Of a DNA stretch of 64,000 nt, positions 1 to 8,481 are shown piece after piece (within the stretch, counting starts at the first letter, position 1; the number at the start of each line of letters is the position of its first letter). Under the pieces are notes generated by a model. That model saw only the letters and a program-made list of their open reading frames with translations, did not search any database and was not told the DNA's origin. A program made the translations under genes and the position numbers. Source of the DNA: Fibrobacteria bacterium (GTDB taxonomy: Bacteria > Fibrobacterota > Fibrobacteria > UBA11236); contig JAYTHY010000074.1 in NCBI GenBank assembly GCA_043732185.1, positions 64,001 through 128,000 of the forward strand. The letters run 5' to 3'.

Positions 1-111
1 TGAATGGTTATTTGAATCCACGTCTGCGCTATGTGCGGGCAGCGCATGCATCATGAGAGTAGCAAAAAGTACAGAGGTAAAGAAAGTGATAGAGGAAATT
101 TGCGACTTCAT
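1..111 (-). CDS. Secreted protein, 5' part only (runs off the window edge)
   Basis: Minus-strand ATG at 111 overlaps the stop of the upstream gene (ATGA). Reads MKSQISSITFFTSVLFATLMMHALPAHSA..., a signal-peptide-like sequence. Confidence 0.6.
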   Translation of the reverse strand, partial: MKSQISSITFFTSVLFATLMMHALPAHSADVDSNNHS

Positions 112-2339
112 TTCCGGCTTCCTACGTTAAGCGTGAAACTTTGCATCCCGCGCGGTCCCCGTAGTACAAGGAAGAGTCGCACTTGTCCCAAGTTCTGAAG
201 CCGTTCCAACGGAATGGCAAAGCCACCTCCACTTCGGAACTCAGCCAAGGAAAGGCTTAGGATGAGTCGCCCGCGAAGGTCGTACACTTCCAGGTTGGGC
301 AATCTTCCCACGGTCCAAAGGAGTTTCCCCTGCCCCTCTATCCGCAAGAAATTTTTGTCGATGCGGAAAGTTCGCCCGCTCCAAACTTGGATTATTTTGG
401 GAAGAATAGGCGTACCACTTGATCCCGGGATAAAGGCAGAAGCATCTTCTATGCCTGCGCCCAAATACGTGCCTTTGGTTAGAATGCCATATCGCATGCC
501 CAAGTCCACTTCCGTCATCTCAGAGATGCGATCGGGATCGGCGGCCCATAAACGGGCCAAGCCGGAATCGGCCGTTGCATCCAACCGCCGCGGCTTGAGC
601 GTCACGACTCGAGTTTTACGACCGAGGACGTCAATACCTTGAAGTTGCACTGTGTCCGCGAAGGGACCGGCTGCTTTAAAAATCGCTTCCCTTTCGGCAT
701 TCGAATCGAATGGGAGCATTACAGCTTGGCTGCGCGTGGGAGTAAAGGCATTATATTCCACGGAGGTGGGTTGAAAGACCGGGAACAATAGTGGCGGCAG
801 GCCGATAGCCAGTGGTGATTTTACGATTAAGGCGCGTAGATTATCATTGGCTTTTAATTTCAATGCTGCGTTAAAATCCACTCCTAACCAAGGAGCTAGG
901 ACATTGGACAGGGTAACGCTATCGATAACAGATTCGATTAATTTTGGATCTTGCAAATCGATAAGGCTAGCCGGTGCGGTCCCAATACCAATCATTTCAA
1001 TGTGTCGCAAAGGTTCAGGCCCCGTACTGAATCCCTTTCGTATCCTATCCAAGGCGCTTAGAAAGCTGTTCCGGCTTTTCAGAATTTCTCCGGAATCCGC
1101 CCAGACAGTTGGAGCCCATTCCGGCTTGTCGTTTTTGAAATCCTTGAAATCGGTATAAATCTGCTGTTCGGTAAATTGATCCAAATAGGCCAACAACTTG
1201 AGGTAGTCGGCGCTGCCTTCCGCGGCTGGAGGGAAGAAAGTATCCGTAAAACCGGGAGCACTGCGCATCAAGCCAAAGCAATGGCCCTTTGGCGCATATT
1301 CCAGAATGATTTGCTTTAAGGTTTTCGCTTCCAATGCTGCCAGCTGACCCATGGCGGACAGCGTTTTCAAACCACCTTGTATTTCCACCAAATTGTAGGG
1401 TGGATTCCAGCGCCATAAAAAAGTAACCTCAAGCGGCCGAGACAAAAGATTCATTAATGAGTCATTGAGTCCGCCCTTGAAGAGCAAATAATTCCCCTTG
1501 GTTTTACCCGACTCGTGTGTGGTGGTTTGCAAAGTGACTACGGTTTTTATGTTTTCATCGCGGCGAAATAAAAATTCTTTTTGATACGCCACCGTATGCG
1601 ATCCGGAGTCATTCAAAGTGATATGGCCGCTGGCACTCAACCACTGAAGGGAGGGGACATTTTTTGTTTTCTCAAAAAAAGTGATGTGCGCCTGCTTGGG
1701 CACATTGCCGGAAGGATGAAACAAAACCGGAATCCGAAGCACGGCGCCAGGGCCTCCAGGAAAAGGAATATCGTAGGCAATGCGGACTTGCAAGGACGCG
1801 CCCAAAGTCAGTTTGGAAAAGGTGGCCTCAAAGCTTACATCGGACAATTGTTGTAAAAATGCGACGCGGCTATTGAGCGTGCTCTTCAGGGCGGTCGTAT
1901 CCATAAAGTAATCGTTGAGGCTGTAGGTCATTTTGTGCAGCTTCGCCGTGAAAATCGTGTCGCTGTGGATCGCTGACAGAGCGTGCACGGCAGCCAAGGG
2001 CGGGATGGGCAGGCTTCCCTGCAAAAGAAAGTCTCCTGTGATGTCATGTGGACGATTCTCGATATTGCCAGTCAAAACGGCTTCCTCAACTACCGTCAGG
2101 TAGCTCCCATGAGACGTTAAAGTGAGTGATAGATCCTCCAGAGAAGTAGAGCCGAGTCGCGTAAGTTCATAGGTGATGCGCGTGCTGTCCACAAGTTCGC
2201 CGCCCCCTTTAGGAGTGACCTGCACAATTTCTTTGACTATGCGATAGGTGTCGAAGTCGAGTGCCGCCACCACCGGGTTTTGGCAGCAGACAAGCGCTGC
2301 ACCGATTAGAAAAACCTGTCGAGTCGAAGCCAAAAACAT
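108..2339 (-). CDS. Secreted VIT-domain (inter-alpha-trypsin-like) protein with T9SS-like C-terminal domain
   Basis: GGAGG precedes ATG 2339, then a signal peptide. VIT-like segment SLPIPPLAAVHAL..FTAKL; LARLWA...RYGILT as in VIT/vWA proteins; tail LEVYDLRGRL...LFLVLR. Confidence 0.55.
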   Translation of the reverse strand: MFLASTRQVFLIGAALVCCQNPVVAALDFDTYRIVKEIVQVTPKGGGELVDSTRITYELTRLGSTSLEDLSLTLTSHGSYLTVVEEAVLTGNIENRPHDITGDFLLQGSLPIPPLAAVHALSAIHSDTIFTAKLHKMTYSLNDYFMDTTALKSTLNSRVAFLQQLSDVSFEATFSKLTLGASLQVRIAYDIPFPGGPGAVLRIPVLFHPSGNVPKQAHITFFEKTKNVPSLQWLSASGHITLNDSGSHTVAYQKEFLFRRDENIKTVVTLQTTTHESGKTKGNYLLFKGGLNDSLMNLLSRPLEVTFLWRWNPPYNLVEIQGGLKTLSAMGQLAALEAKTLKQIILEYAPKGHCFGLMRSAPGFTDTFFPPAAEGSADYLKLLAYLDQFTEQQIYTDFKDFKNDKPEWAPTVWADSGEILKSRNSFLSALDRIRKGFSTGPEPLRHIEMIGIGTAPASLIDLQDPKLIESVIDSVTLSNVLAPWLGVDFNAALKLKANDNLRALIVKSPLAIGLPPLLFPVFQPTSVEYNAFTPTRSQAVMLPFDSNAEREAIFKAAGPFADTVQLQGIDVLGRKTRVVTLKPRRLDATADSGLARLWAADPDRISEMTEVDLGMRYGILTKGTYLGAGIEDASAFIPGSSGTPILPKIIQVWSGRTFRIDKNFLRIEGQGKLLWTVGRLPNLEVYDLRGRLILSLSLAEFRSGGGFAIPLERLQNLGQVRLFLVLRGPRGMQSFTLNVGSRK

Positions 2340-2561
2340 AGAGCCTCCAAGAATTGAGAATCGGTCCAAACGCTCGGAAAGTAGTAAATGCAATTTTTAT
2401 GCCAGAGAAAAGAGAACCCAATCAGGCTGATAGAACGCACTAATCCTGCAAAGCCATAGGCATGCCGGTCAGTATTTGATCGGCACCTTCACTTTCTACA
2501 CTCCTTCCCATGGCAACCCGTGAAAAAGCTCTTATACTATACGGCACTTAAGGAGCAGTTG

Positions 2562-3044
2562 ATGCCATATTACGTCATGACCGTACCAACACCCATAGGT
2601 CCTTTAGTGCTAGCAGCCACGGAAAATTCCCTGGTGGCACTCGTATGGAACCGCACGGAGCTCAAACGCCTGGGAATACTGGCTTGGCAGGAGGATGCGG
2701 ATCTGCCCCTTTTTAAGGAGGCGACAAAACAGCTTGGCGAATACTTTCAGGGCGAGCGAAAAGTATTCGCACTTCCCTTGGAATTGACGGGAACGGCATT
2801 TCAAAAAAGTGTGTGGAATGAATTGCTCAATATTCCTTTTGGTCAAACCTGGAGCTATCAAGAAGTGGCCAGTCGAATCGGCAATCCAAAGGCGGTGCGG
2901 GCTGTTGGCACCGCCAATGCCAGGAATCCGGTGTGTATTTTAATCCCTTGTCACCGAGTAGTTCGCCATTCCGGCGAGCTGGGCGGCTATGCCGGCGGCG
3001 TTCGCAATAAAGCCTACCTGCTTGAAATGGAATCTGCCCATTAG
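2562..3044 (+). CDS. ogt: Methylated-DNA--protein-cysteine methyltransferase
   Basis: GTAFQKSVW, AVRAVGTANARNP and active-site IPCHRV motifs; AGGAG RBS before ATG 2562. Confidence 0.95.
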   Translation: MPYYVMTVPTPIGPLVLAATENSLVALVWNRTELKRLGILAWQEDADLPLFKEATKQLGEYFQGERKVFALPLELTGTAFQKSVWNELLNIPFGQTWSYQEVASRIGNPKAVRAVGTANARNPVCILIPCHRVVRHSGELGGYAGGVRNKAYLLEMESAH

Positions 3045-4146
3045 CAATACCACTGAACCGGTTCCTGCAGAGATTGTGGCTGCGGGAGAAAATTACATTG
3101 GGCAAATACTCCGCTTGGCTTTTGAACATACGCCTTCTCGCGGGGCCGTTATTGTGTTTGATACCCAAAGCCCCTTGGCCAGGACTTTAACCGAAGGGTA
3201 TCGACGCTGCCTGCCCACCGCACAATTTATCGACTTCGAGGCCGAATCCCCAGAGGTGATTCGCGCAGCGATGGAAGCGTTGGAACCACTGGATTTGGTC
3301 ATACTCATCCAATCCGCAAATTTTCGACTGGAAGCCTTTCGCCTGCGCGTAGAACTTTTTAAACGATCCTTAAAAGTCATTGAGCACCCACATCTAGCCC
3401 GCATGCAAGGGCAGGAAATCGAGTGGTATATCGATTCTCTGGCCTATGACCCAGATTACTTTCGGAAAATAGGATGCGGACTTAAAGAACGCATCGATAA
3501 GGCCAGAACGGCACTAGTAGTGAGCGGCGACGGACGCGGTGAAGGACGCAGCGAAGGACGCGACGACGAATCGGGTGGCGAGGATTGGCTAGAAAAATTG
3601 GTGTTCTCTTCCGGTTTTGAATCCGCAAAATTGAATACCGGCGATTACCGGAATATGAAAAATATCGGAGGTCAATTTCCCATTGGCGAAGTGTTTACGG
3701 AAGCGAAGGATTTGCAATCCGTGAATGGACGCGTACGCATTTTTGTTTTTGCCGATATCACCTTCATGGTCAATCAACCTGCCAAACCCATCACGCTGGT
3801 CATTGAGAAAGGTCGGGTTGTGGAGGTTGTCGACACCACACCGGAATTTGAAAAGGTGTTGGCCAATATCCGAGCCGATGAAGGGGAAGTCTGGGTACGC
3901 GAATTCGGTTTCGGGCTCAATCGCGCATTTACTCCGCAGCGCATGGTCAGAGATATCGGCACTTTAGAGCGCATGTGCGGCATCCATCTTTCCCTTGGTG
4001 CCAAACACGCGGTGTATCAAAAGCCTGCATTTAAACGCAAGGACGGAAGACACCATGTGGATGTTTTTGTCGTTACCGATTCCGTTCTATTGGATGACGA
4101 AATCGTTTTTAAGGATGGAGCCTGGGTACTTCCCGCTGCGGTTTAA
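2989..4146 (+). CDS. M29/aminopeptidase T-like metallohydrolase (true start probably nearer 3034-3045)
   Basis: C-terminal motifs FPIGEVFT, REFGFGLN, ERMCGIHLSLG, HHVDVF and DDEIVFKDG, as in the thermophilic metalloprotease family. Confidence 0.65.
   Translation: MPAAFAIKPTCLKWNLPISNTTEPVPAEIVAAGENYIGQILRLAFEHTPSRGAVIVFDTQSPLARTLTEGYRRCLPTAQFIDFEAESPEVIRAAMEALEPLDLVILIQSANFRLEAFRLRVELFKRSLKVIEHPHLARMQGQEIEWYIDSLAYDPDYFRKIGCGLKERIDKARTALVVSGDGRGEGRSEGRDDESGGEDWLEKLVFSSGFESAKLNTGDYRNMKNIGGQFPIGEVFTEAKDLQSVNGRVRIFVFADITFMVNQPAKPITLVIEKGRVVEVVDTTPEFEKVLANIRADEGEVWVREFGFGLNRAFTPQRMVRDIGTLERMCGIHLSLGAKHAVYQKPAFKRKDGRHHVDVFVVTDSVLLDDEIVFKDGAWVLPAAV
3529..3564 (+). repeat. 12-bp degenerate tandem repeat x3 (GAxGGACGCxxx) inside the CDS
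   Basis: GACGGACGCGGT GAAGGACGCAGC GAAGGACGCGAC, encoding DGRG EGRS EGRD. Confidence 0.8.
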
Positions 4147-4151
4147 GACTT

Positions 4152-5246
4152 TTAGACAACACGGCTCTCGCATTCAGCTAAAAAATCCGGATCAATGTCC
4201 GCTGCAATACCGGGCTCATCACTAACCTCCAAATGGAATCCCCGATATTTTGCACCGCCTAAAACCGGGTCCACTTTCTGTCCCAAAAGACATGTGTCCA
4301 AATCATAAAAAACAAAACTATCATGCGCCATCGCCAAGTGCACTTTGGCCGTGAGCGCTAGCCTGCTTTCCAGCATCCCGCCCAGCATACAGGAAACGCC
4401 GTAACGTCTGGCCGTATCCGCGATGCGCATCGCTTCCAGGATGCCACCGGATTTAGCCAGCTTGACATTGATATAGTCGAGAGATTGGGACTCGATGAGC
4501 CGAATCGCGTCGTAATGATTGAAAACGCTTTCATCCGCCATAATTCGAATGGGTGATTGTTTGCGCAAATTGGGAAGCAAGGAATCAAAATGATGGTGGA
4601 TGGGCTGCTCGCAGAATTGAATGTCGAAACCAGCCATGGCCTGAAGGGATTTTACTGCCGTGTCAAAATCCCATCCTTGATTGGCATCAATCCTCAGGGC
4701 AATGCTGTTTCCCACTGCTTCGCGTATGAGGCGCACCCGCTCCACATCTTCTTCCCCAGATTTTCCCACTTTGATTTTGAGGGTTTTGACTCCTTGCTTG
4801 ACAAAATCCTTGGCGGACTCCACCATCTTGGATGGTGTATTCATCCCAATAGTCTAGTCCGTCTCAATGGGTTTTTTGCTCCCACCGAGAAAGCGGTACA
4901 GCGGCAGCCCAGCCTTTTTGGCAGCGATATCATGCAAGGCCATGTCGAAGGCACTTTTAATGGTGGCGTTGAAGGCAATATAGGCATGGATTTCTTTCAT
5001 GCGCGTTTGAATATCAAACGGGTCTTTTCCTTTAATGATCCTGGCTAAATCGCCGCCCACAGCAAAACAGGTGCTTTGGGTTTCTCCCACCAGCATCGGG
5101 AAAGCCGAACATTCTCCCATGCCAATCAATCCCTCGGTGGTATGGATTCTAATAAATGTGTTTTGGGCCACAGTGGCGACTTCCGTCGCGATAACGAACG
5201 GCTCCATCGGAAGCGCCAATTTGAAAATCTCGGTATGGGAAATCAT
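4152..5246 (-). pseudogene. Dipeptide epimerase (L-Ala-D/L-Glu epimerase, enolase superfamily) interrupted by one in-frame TAG at 4854-4856
   Basis: The two ORFs share a frame: ...IETD*TIGMNTP.... Motifs KIKVG, DANQG, EQP, DES, KLAK and DLD are all intact. RBS precedes ATG 5246. Confidence 0.85.
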
Positions 5247-5257
5247 GGTGTCCTTTC

Positions 5258-6037
5258 CTAAGCTCCGCACAGCATGTAACCGAGGAGCGGTTGGCATTTG
5301 TCCACGCAGGATGAATAGAAGCTTCCTTCTACTCGATCTCCGGACACGGTGGTCTTTCCCCAGAAGAACTCCGCAATACTAACCGGTTTCAAATTATTTC
5401 GAGCAGCATGGTTCAAGAGTTTGGGGGCGCAACAATCTCCGGTTCCCGTAGGCATTCCCTTGATGGGATGGAATGCGTCCGCTAAAGACCGTTTGGCATT
5501 TCTAAAATTGGGCACTTCATAGAGTGCCTGAAGCTTGCTCAAGATGACATGTGATACCGTTTTTCTTTCCGCCACGCGCAAGGCAAGGCTCCGCGAACCC
5601 TTTTCCAACGTTTTGATAATTTCGGTTAAGGGATGGATTTCGATATCGCCCTCCCTAATGCCCGCCGTCATTGCTTCCGCATCAAAAAGCGGTGCTACCC
5701 AACCGGAAACATTCCAAATGCCGTTATATTTGGAAGAAAACGCGCGGAGCACCACTTCTTTACCCATGGCGTCATCGCAAACCAAAACGCCCATCATTTT
5801 TCCACGCGAGGCACCGTATAAATATGCGGTCGACAGGCGCGGGTCCGCTTCCTCAATAGGAAGATCAAAATCCATGCGGCCATGGATGGCCAGTTGTTTC
5901 ATGAGCGTCGTGCAGTGGATGAGGGCCCGAGCCGAGGGCAATGCGTGGACGATATTGCAGTCCTTACAATAGCCGAAACAACCTTCTGGTTTTGAAACTG
6001 GCTTGGGCATCCTTGCAATTCTCTTTCTCGAAATCAA
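5258..6037 (-). CDS. Stand-alone homolog of the N-terminal domain of long RluA-family pseudouridine synthases (no catalytic domain)
   Basis: GKMMGVLV, LRAFS, PTGTGDCCAPKLLNHA, AEFFWG, FYSSCVDKCQPLLGYMLCG. No HRLD motif. Confidence 0.7.
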   Translation of the reverse strand: MISRKRIARMPKPVSKPEGCFGYCKDCNIVHALPSARALIHCTTLMKQLAIHGRMDFDLPIEEADPRLSTAYLYGASRGKMMGVLVCDDAMGKEVVLRAFSSKYNGIWNVSGWVAPLFDAEAMTAGIREGDIEIHPLTEIIKTLEKGSRSLALRVAERKTVSHVILSKLQALYEVPNFRNAKRSLADAFHPIKGMPTGTGDCCAPKLLNHAARNNLKPVSIAEFFWGKTTVSGDRVEGSFYSSCVDKCQPLLGYMLCGA

Positions 6038-6122
6038 TGGGATGGGACTTAATTCACGCAGAATAATTATACGCTAAATCCTACCAAATCAAACTTTTTT
6101 ACATAAATTGAGGTGAAATCCC

Positions 6123-6662
6123 GTGGCACAACCTTCCCTACTCTATCGATTCCACATCAATTTTTCCGACATCGATCTGGGTATTTACAAATCATTTGAT
6201 TTGCGATTGGCCATGCATCCTTCCGAATCGCATGCCTATTTACTGACGCGTCTCCTCGCCTTTGTTCTCAACGATCGGGAGTATTTGGAATTCGCGGCGG
6301 AAGGCTTGGGAGATCCGGATGCACCCGGTATTAATGCCACCACTCCAAATGGTGAAATTCTGTTATGGATCGAAATCGGAAATCCTAGCGCCAAAAAATT
6401 GCATAAAGCCGCCAAGGCAGCTAGACAGGTCAAGGTTTATACCTATAAGGATCCGGAGACATTGCTGAAGGAGATTCGGAATAATAAGGTCTATCATGCC
6501 GAGTCCATCGAGATATTTTCCATCGATCCCAAAGTCCTGGAAAGACTGGCAGGTCGCCTGGAAAGAAAAAATACCTGGGATATCCTCCTCAATGATGGCG
6601 GCCTAAATATCAGTATCGGGGATGCAACCGAGGCCACGGAGCTGGTCAAACACCAAGCCTAA
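6123..6662 (+). CDS. yaeQ: YaeQ family protein
   Basis: LAMHPSES..RLLAF, LWIEIGNP..KKLHKA and VKVYTY motifs; ~180 aa. Confidence 0.9.
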   Translation: MAQPSLLYRFHINFSDIDLGIYKSFDLRLAMHPSESHAYLLTRLLAFVLNDREYLEFAAEGLGDPDAPGINATTPNGEILLWIEIGNPSAKKLHKAAKAARQVKVYTYKDPETLLKEIRNNKVYHAESIEIFSIDPKVLERLAGRLERKNTWDILLNDGGLNISIGDATEATELVKHQA

Positions 6663-6681
6663 ACCGGGCAGCCCAAATGGG

Positions 6682-6717
6682 TGTAAAAATATCCGACAGA
6701 AATTGGGAATTTTTACA
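6682..6717. promoter_or_regulatory. Putative enhancer site for a sigma-54 activator (PEP-CTERM/PrsR-type box)
   Basis: TGT-N11-ACA at 6682-6698; inverted repeat TGTAAAAAT (6682-6690) / ATTTTTACA (6709-6717), upstream of a -24/-12 element. Confidence 0.6.
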
Positions 6718-6766
6718 TCAATCGTTTACTCCATGGATATTTTGAGCCATTTGACCCGCGATACAT

Positions 6767-6782
6767 TGGCACAGTTCTTGAT
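6767..6782 (+). promoter_or_regulatory. Sigma-54 (-24/-12) promoter-like element
   Basis: TGGCAC-AGTTC-TTGAT versus consensus TGGCAC-N5-TTGCW (one mismatch, at the -12 C), 35 nt upstream of the PEP-CTERM gene ATG. Confidence 0.6.
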
Positions 6783-6817
6783 GTATTAGAAAGCTCACAC
6801 ATTCAGGAGAATTGATA

Positions 6818-7507
6818 ATGTTTACTTTGCGTTCCGTAGCTACCTCACTTGCAACCCTTACCCTGGTGGCTGCGGCCTCTTACGCCGACCCCGTTATCGG
6901 AACCAGCTCGGGCATTTTCCAAAACCCCACGGGTCCGGGCGGCATGGTGACCCATGGTACCGGCACCAACCACTTTGACTGGGGCACAGGCATCGGCACC
7001 GGCCCAAGCAGCTTGGACTTCTCCGGCACACCTTTCTCCACGGAAACGGGATCCATTTTTGCATTCGGCAACTTGGACTACTTCAATGGCACAATCGCAA
7101 GCACAAGCGGAGCGAATGGCGTTGATTTCTTGGTCACCTTGGCTCTCACCACTCCCGTTAATACGGAGTCTTTCGACTTTGCCTTCAATCTTCTCAATAC
7201 AGTAAACACCTCGGATCCTTTGGCTAGTGCTGATATCGTTGAGCTTAATGGAGCCTTCTCCACCAGCTCGTTCAACTACTTGGGAACCGATTACACCTTG
7301 GAATTCCTCGGATTCGGAACCATCGTAGGTTCCGGCTACACCACCGTGAACCAGTTCCACGTGCTTGAGAGCGGTTCCGCCAACGCCCAGCTTTTGGGTC
7401 GTATCACCGCTGCCCCTGCAACCGTACCAGAACCCGGCACCATTGCCTTGTTTGGAATCGGTCTCTTGGGAATGGGAATTCTGGCCGCTCGTCGTCGCCG
7501 CGCTTAA
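6818..7507 (+). CDS. PEP-CTERM sorting-domain surface protein (choice-of-anchor K-like domain)
   Basis: AGGAGA RBS, signal peptide, Gly/Thr/Ser-rich body (GTNHFDWG, LDYFNGTI), C-terminus VPEPGTIALFGIGLLGMGILAARRRRA. Confidence 0.93.
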   Translation: MFTLRSVATSLATLTLVAAASYADPVIGTSSGIFQNPTGPGGMVTHGTGTNHFDWGTGIGTGPSSLDFSGTPFSTETGSIFAFGNLDYFNGTIASTSGANGVDFLVTLALTTPVNTESFDFAFNLLNTVNTSDPLASADIVELNGAFSTSSFNYLGTDYTLEFLGFGTIVGSGYTTVNQFHVLESGSANAQLLGRITAAPATVPEPGTIALFGIGLLGMGILAARRRRA

Positions 7508-7530
7508 TTCAAAACTCCATAATCCTCATG

Positions 7531-7559
7531 AAAAGCACCGGGTAACCGGTGCTTTTTTT
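7531..7559 (+). terminator. Rho-independent terminator
   Basis: AAAAGCACCGG-GTAA-CCGGTGCTTTT followed by further Ts, just after the PEP-CTERM gene. Confidence 0.9.
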
Positions 7560-7661
7560 ATTTCAACCAGTTAGAGCCCTCTTATTAGATTTATGAATCA
7601 GAGGGGGATAATGATTAGCTTTTACCCCGATGTTTCCAATCCATTCTAACAGGAGGCTCCC

Positions 7662-8294
7662 ATGAAAATACTGAAAAACATTTTGTTCGGACTCATCGCA
7701 CTCATCGTCCTTGCATCCGCAATTGGTTTGATGGCGCTCCCCAGAATCACCAACGTGCAACGCTCCCTGGTCATGCAGGCTCCAGCCGAAGTCATCTTTG
7801 ATCAAGTAAACGACCTCAAAAAGAATGAAGCCTGGTCGCCGTGGAAGGACCCGACTATGGTGATTACCTATGGCTCTGTAACTGCGGGCAAAGGGGCCAG
7901 TTCCAGTTGGGTTTCGAAAAAAATGGGCACCGGCACCATGACGATTGCCGAAACGGTTCCTTCCACTGCCATAAACATAGACTTGAACTTTGGTGCCATG
8001 GGTACGGCTAAGGCCCTATGGACATTTACTGCGGAAGGTGACAACGTAAATGTAACAGAGACCATGACCAGCGATGCGGGCATGAATCCAGCCAAGCGTT
8101 GGATGAGTTTGTTGTCGGATAAGATGGTAGGGCCCGCTTTCGAAAAGGGTTTAGCCTCCTTGAAGCAGATTTCGGAATCTCGGGCAGCCGAAATCAAAGC
8201 CGAGCAAGCCACTGAGCAAGCAGCGCTGGTTCCAACTGATGAGACAGCCCCAGCCGCAGCAGCTGCAGCCGCACCTGCCGGTTCAGCGCACTAG
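7662..8294 (+). CDS. SRPBCC (polyketide cyclase/START-like) family protein
   Basis: N-terminal TM anchor; VQRS..APAEVIF.QVNDLK..WSPW; FEKGLASLK. Confidence 0.85.
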   Translation: MKILKNILFGLIALIVLASAIGLMALPRITNVQRSLVMQAPAEVIFDQVNDLKKNEAWSPWKDPTMVITYGSVTAGKGASSSWVSKKMGTGTMTIAETVPSTAINIDLNFGAMGTAKALWTFTAEGDNVNVTETMTSDAGMNPAKRWMSLLSDKMVGPAFEKGLASLKQISESRAAEIKAEQATEQAALVPTDETAPAAAAAAAPAGSAH

Positions 8295-8481
8295 ACATCA
8301 AACCGGTATTTGGCGCGCCTTTCCCTATGGGGCAGGCACGCCTATATTGCCTTGTCGCGTTTGAGCAGCCAAGCCATGAAGAGGTGGAAGCTGATGACAA
8401 AAATCAGCAGGGGCGCATCGTTCATCCTCATCAAAAAGCCACGCATAAAGTGCAGGCTGTAAGTTGACTTCTATCAACCGG

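Noticed and set aside
2463..2485. Hairpin TGCCGGTCA-GTATT-TGATCGGCA between divergent genes
   Set aside because: Imperfect, single copy, no U-tract; cannot be assigned as a terminator or operator.
4854..4856. Genome-wide TAG reassignment (alternative genetic code)
   Set aside because: TAG serves as a normal stop for well-defined genes here (ogt at 3042-3044, SRPBCC at 8292-8294, PEPCK at 14540-14542), and other genes are not fragmented.
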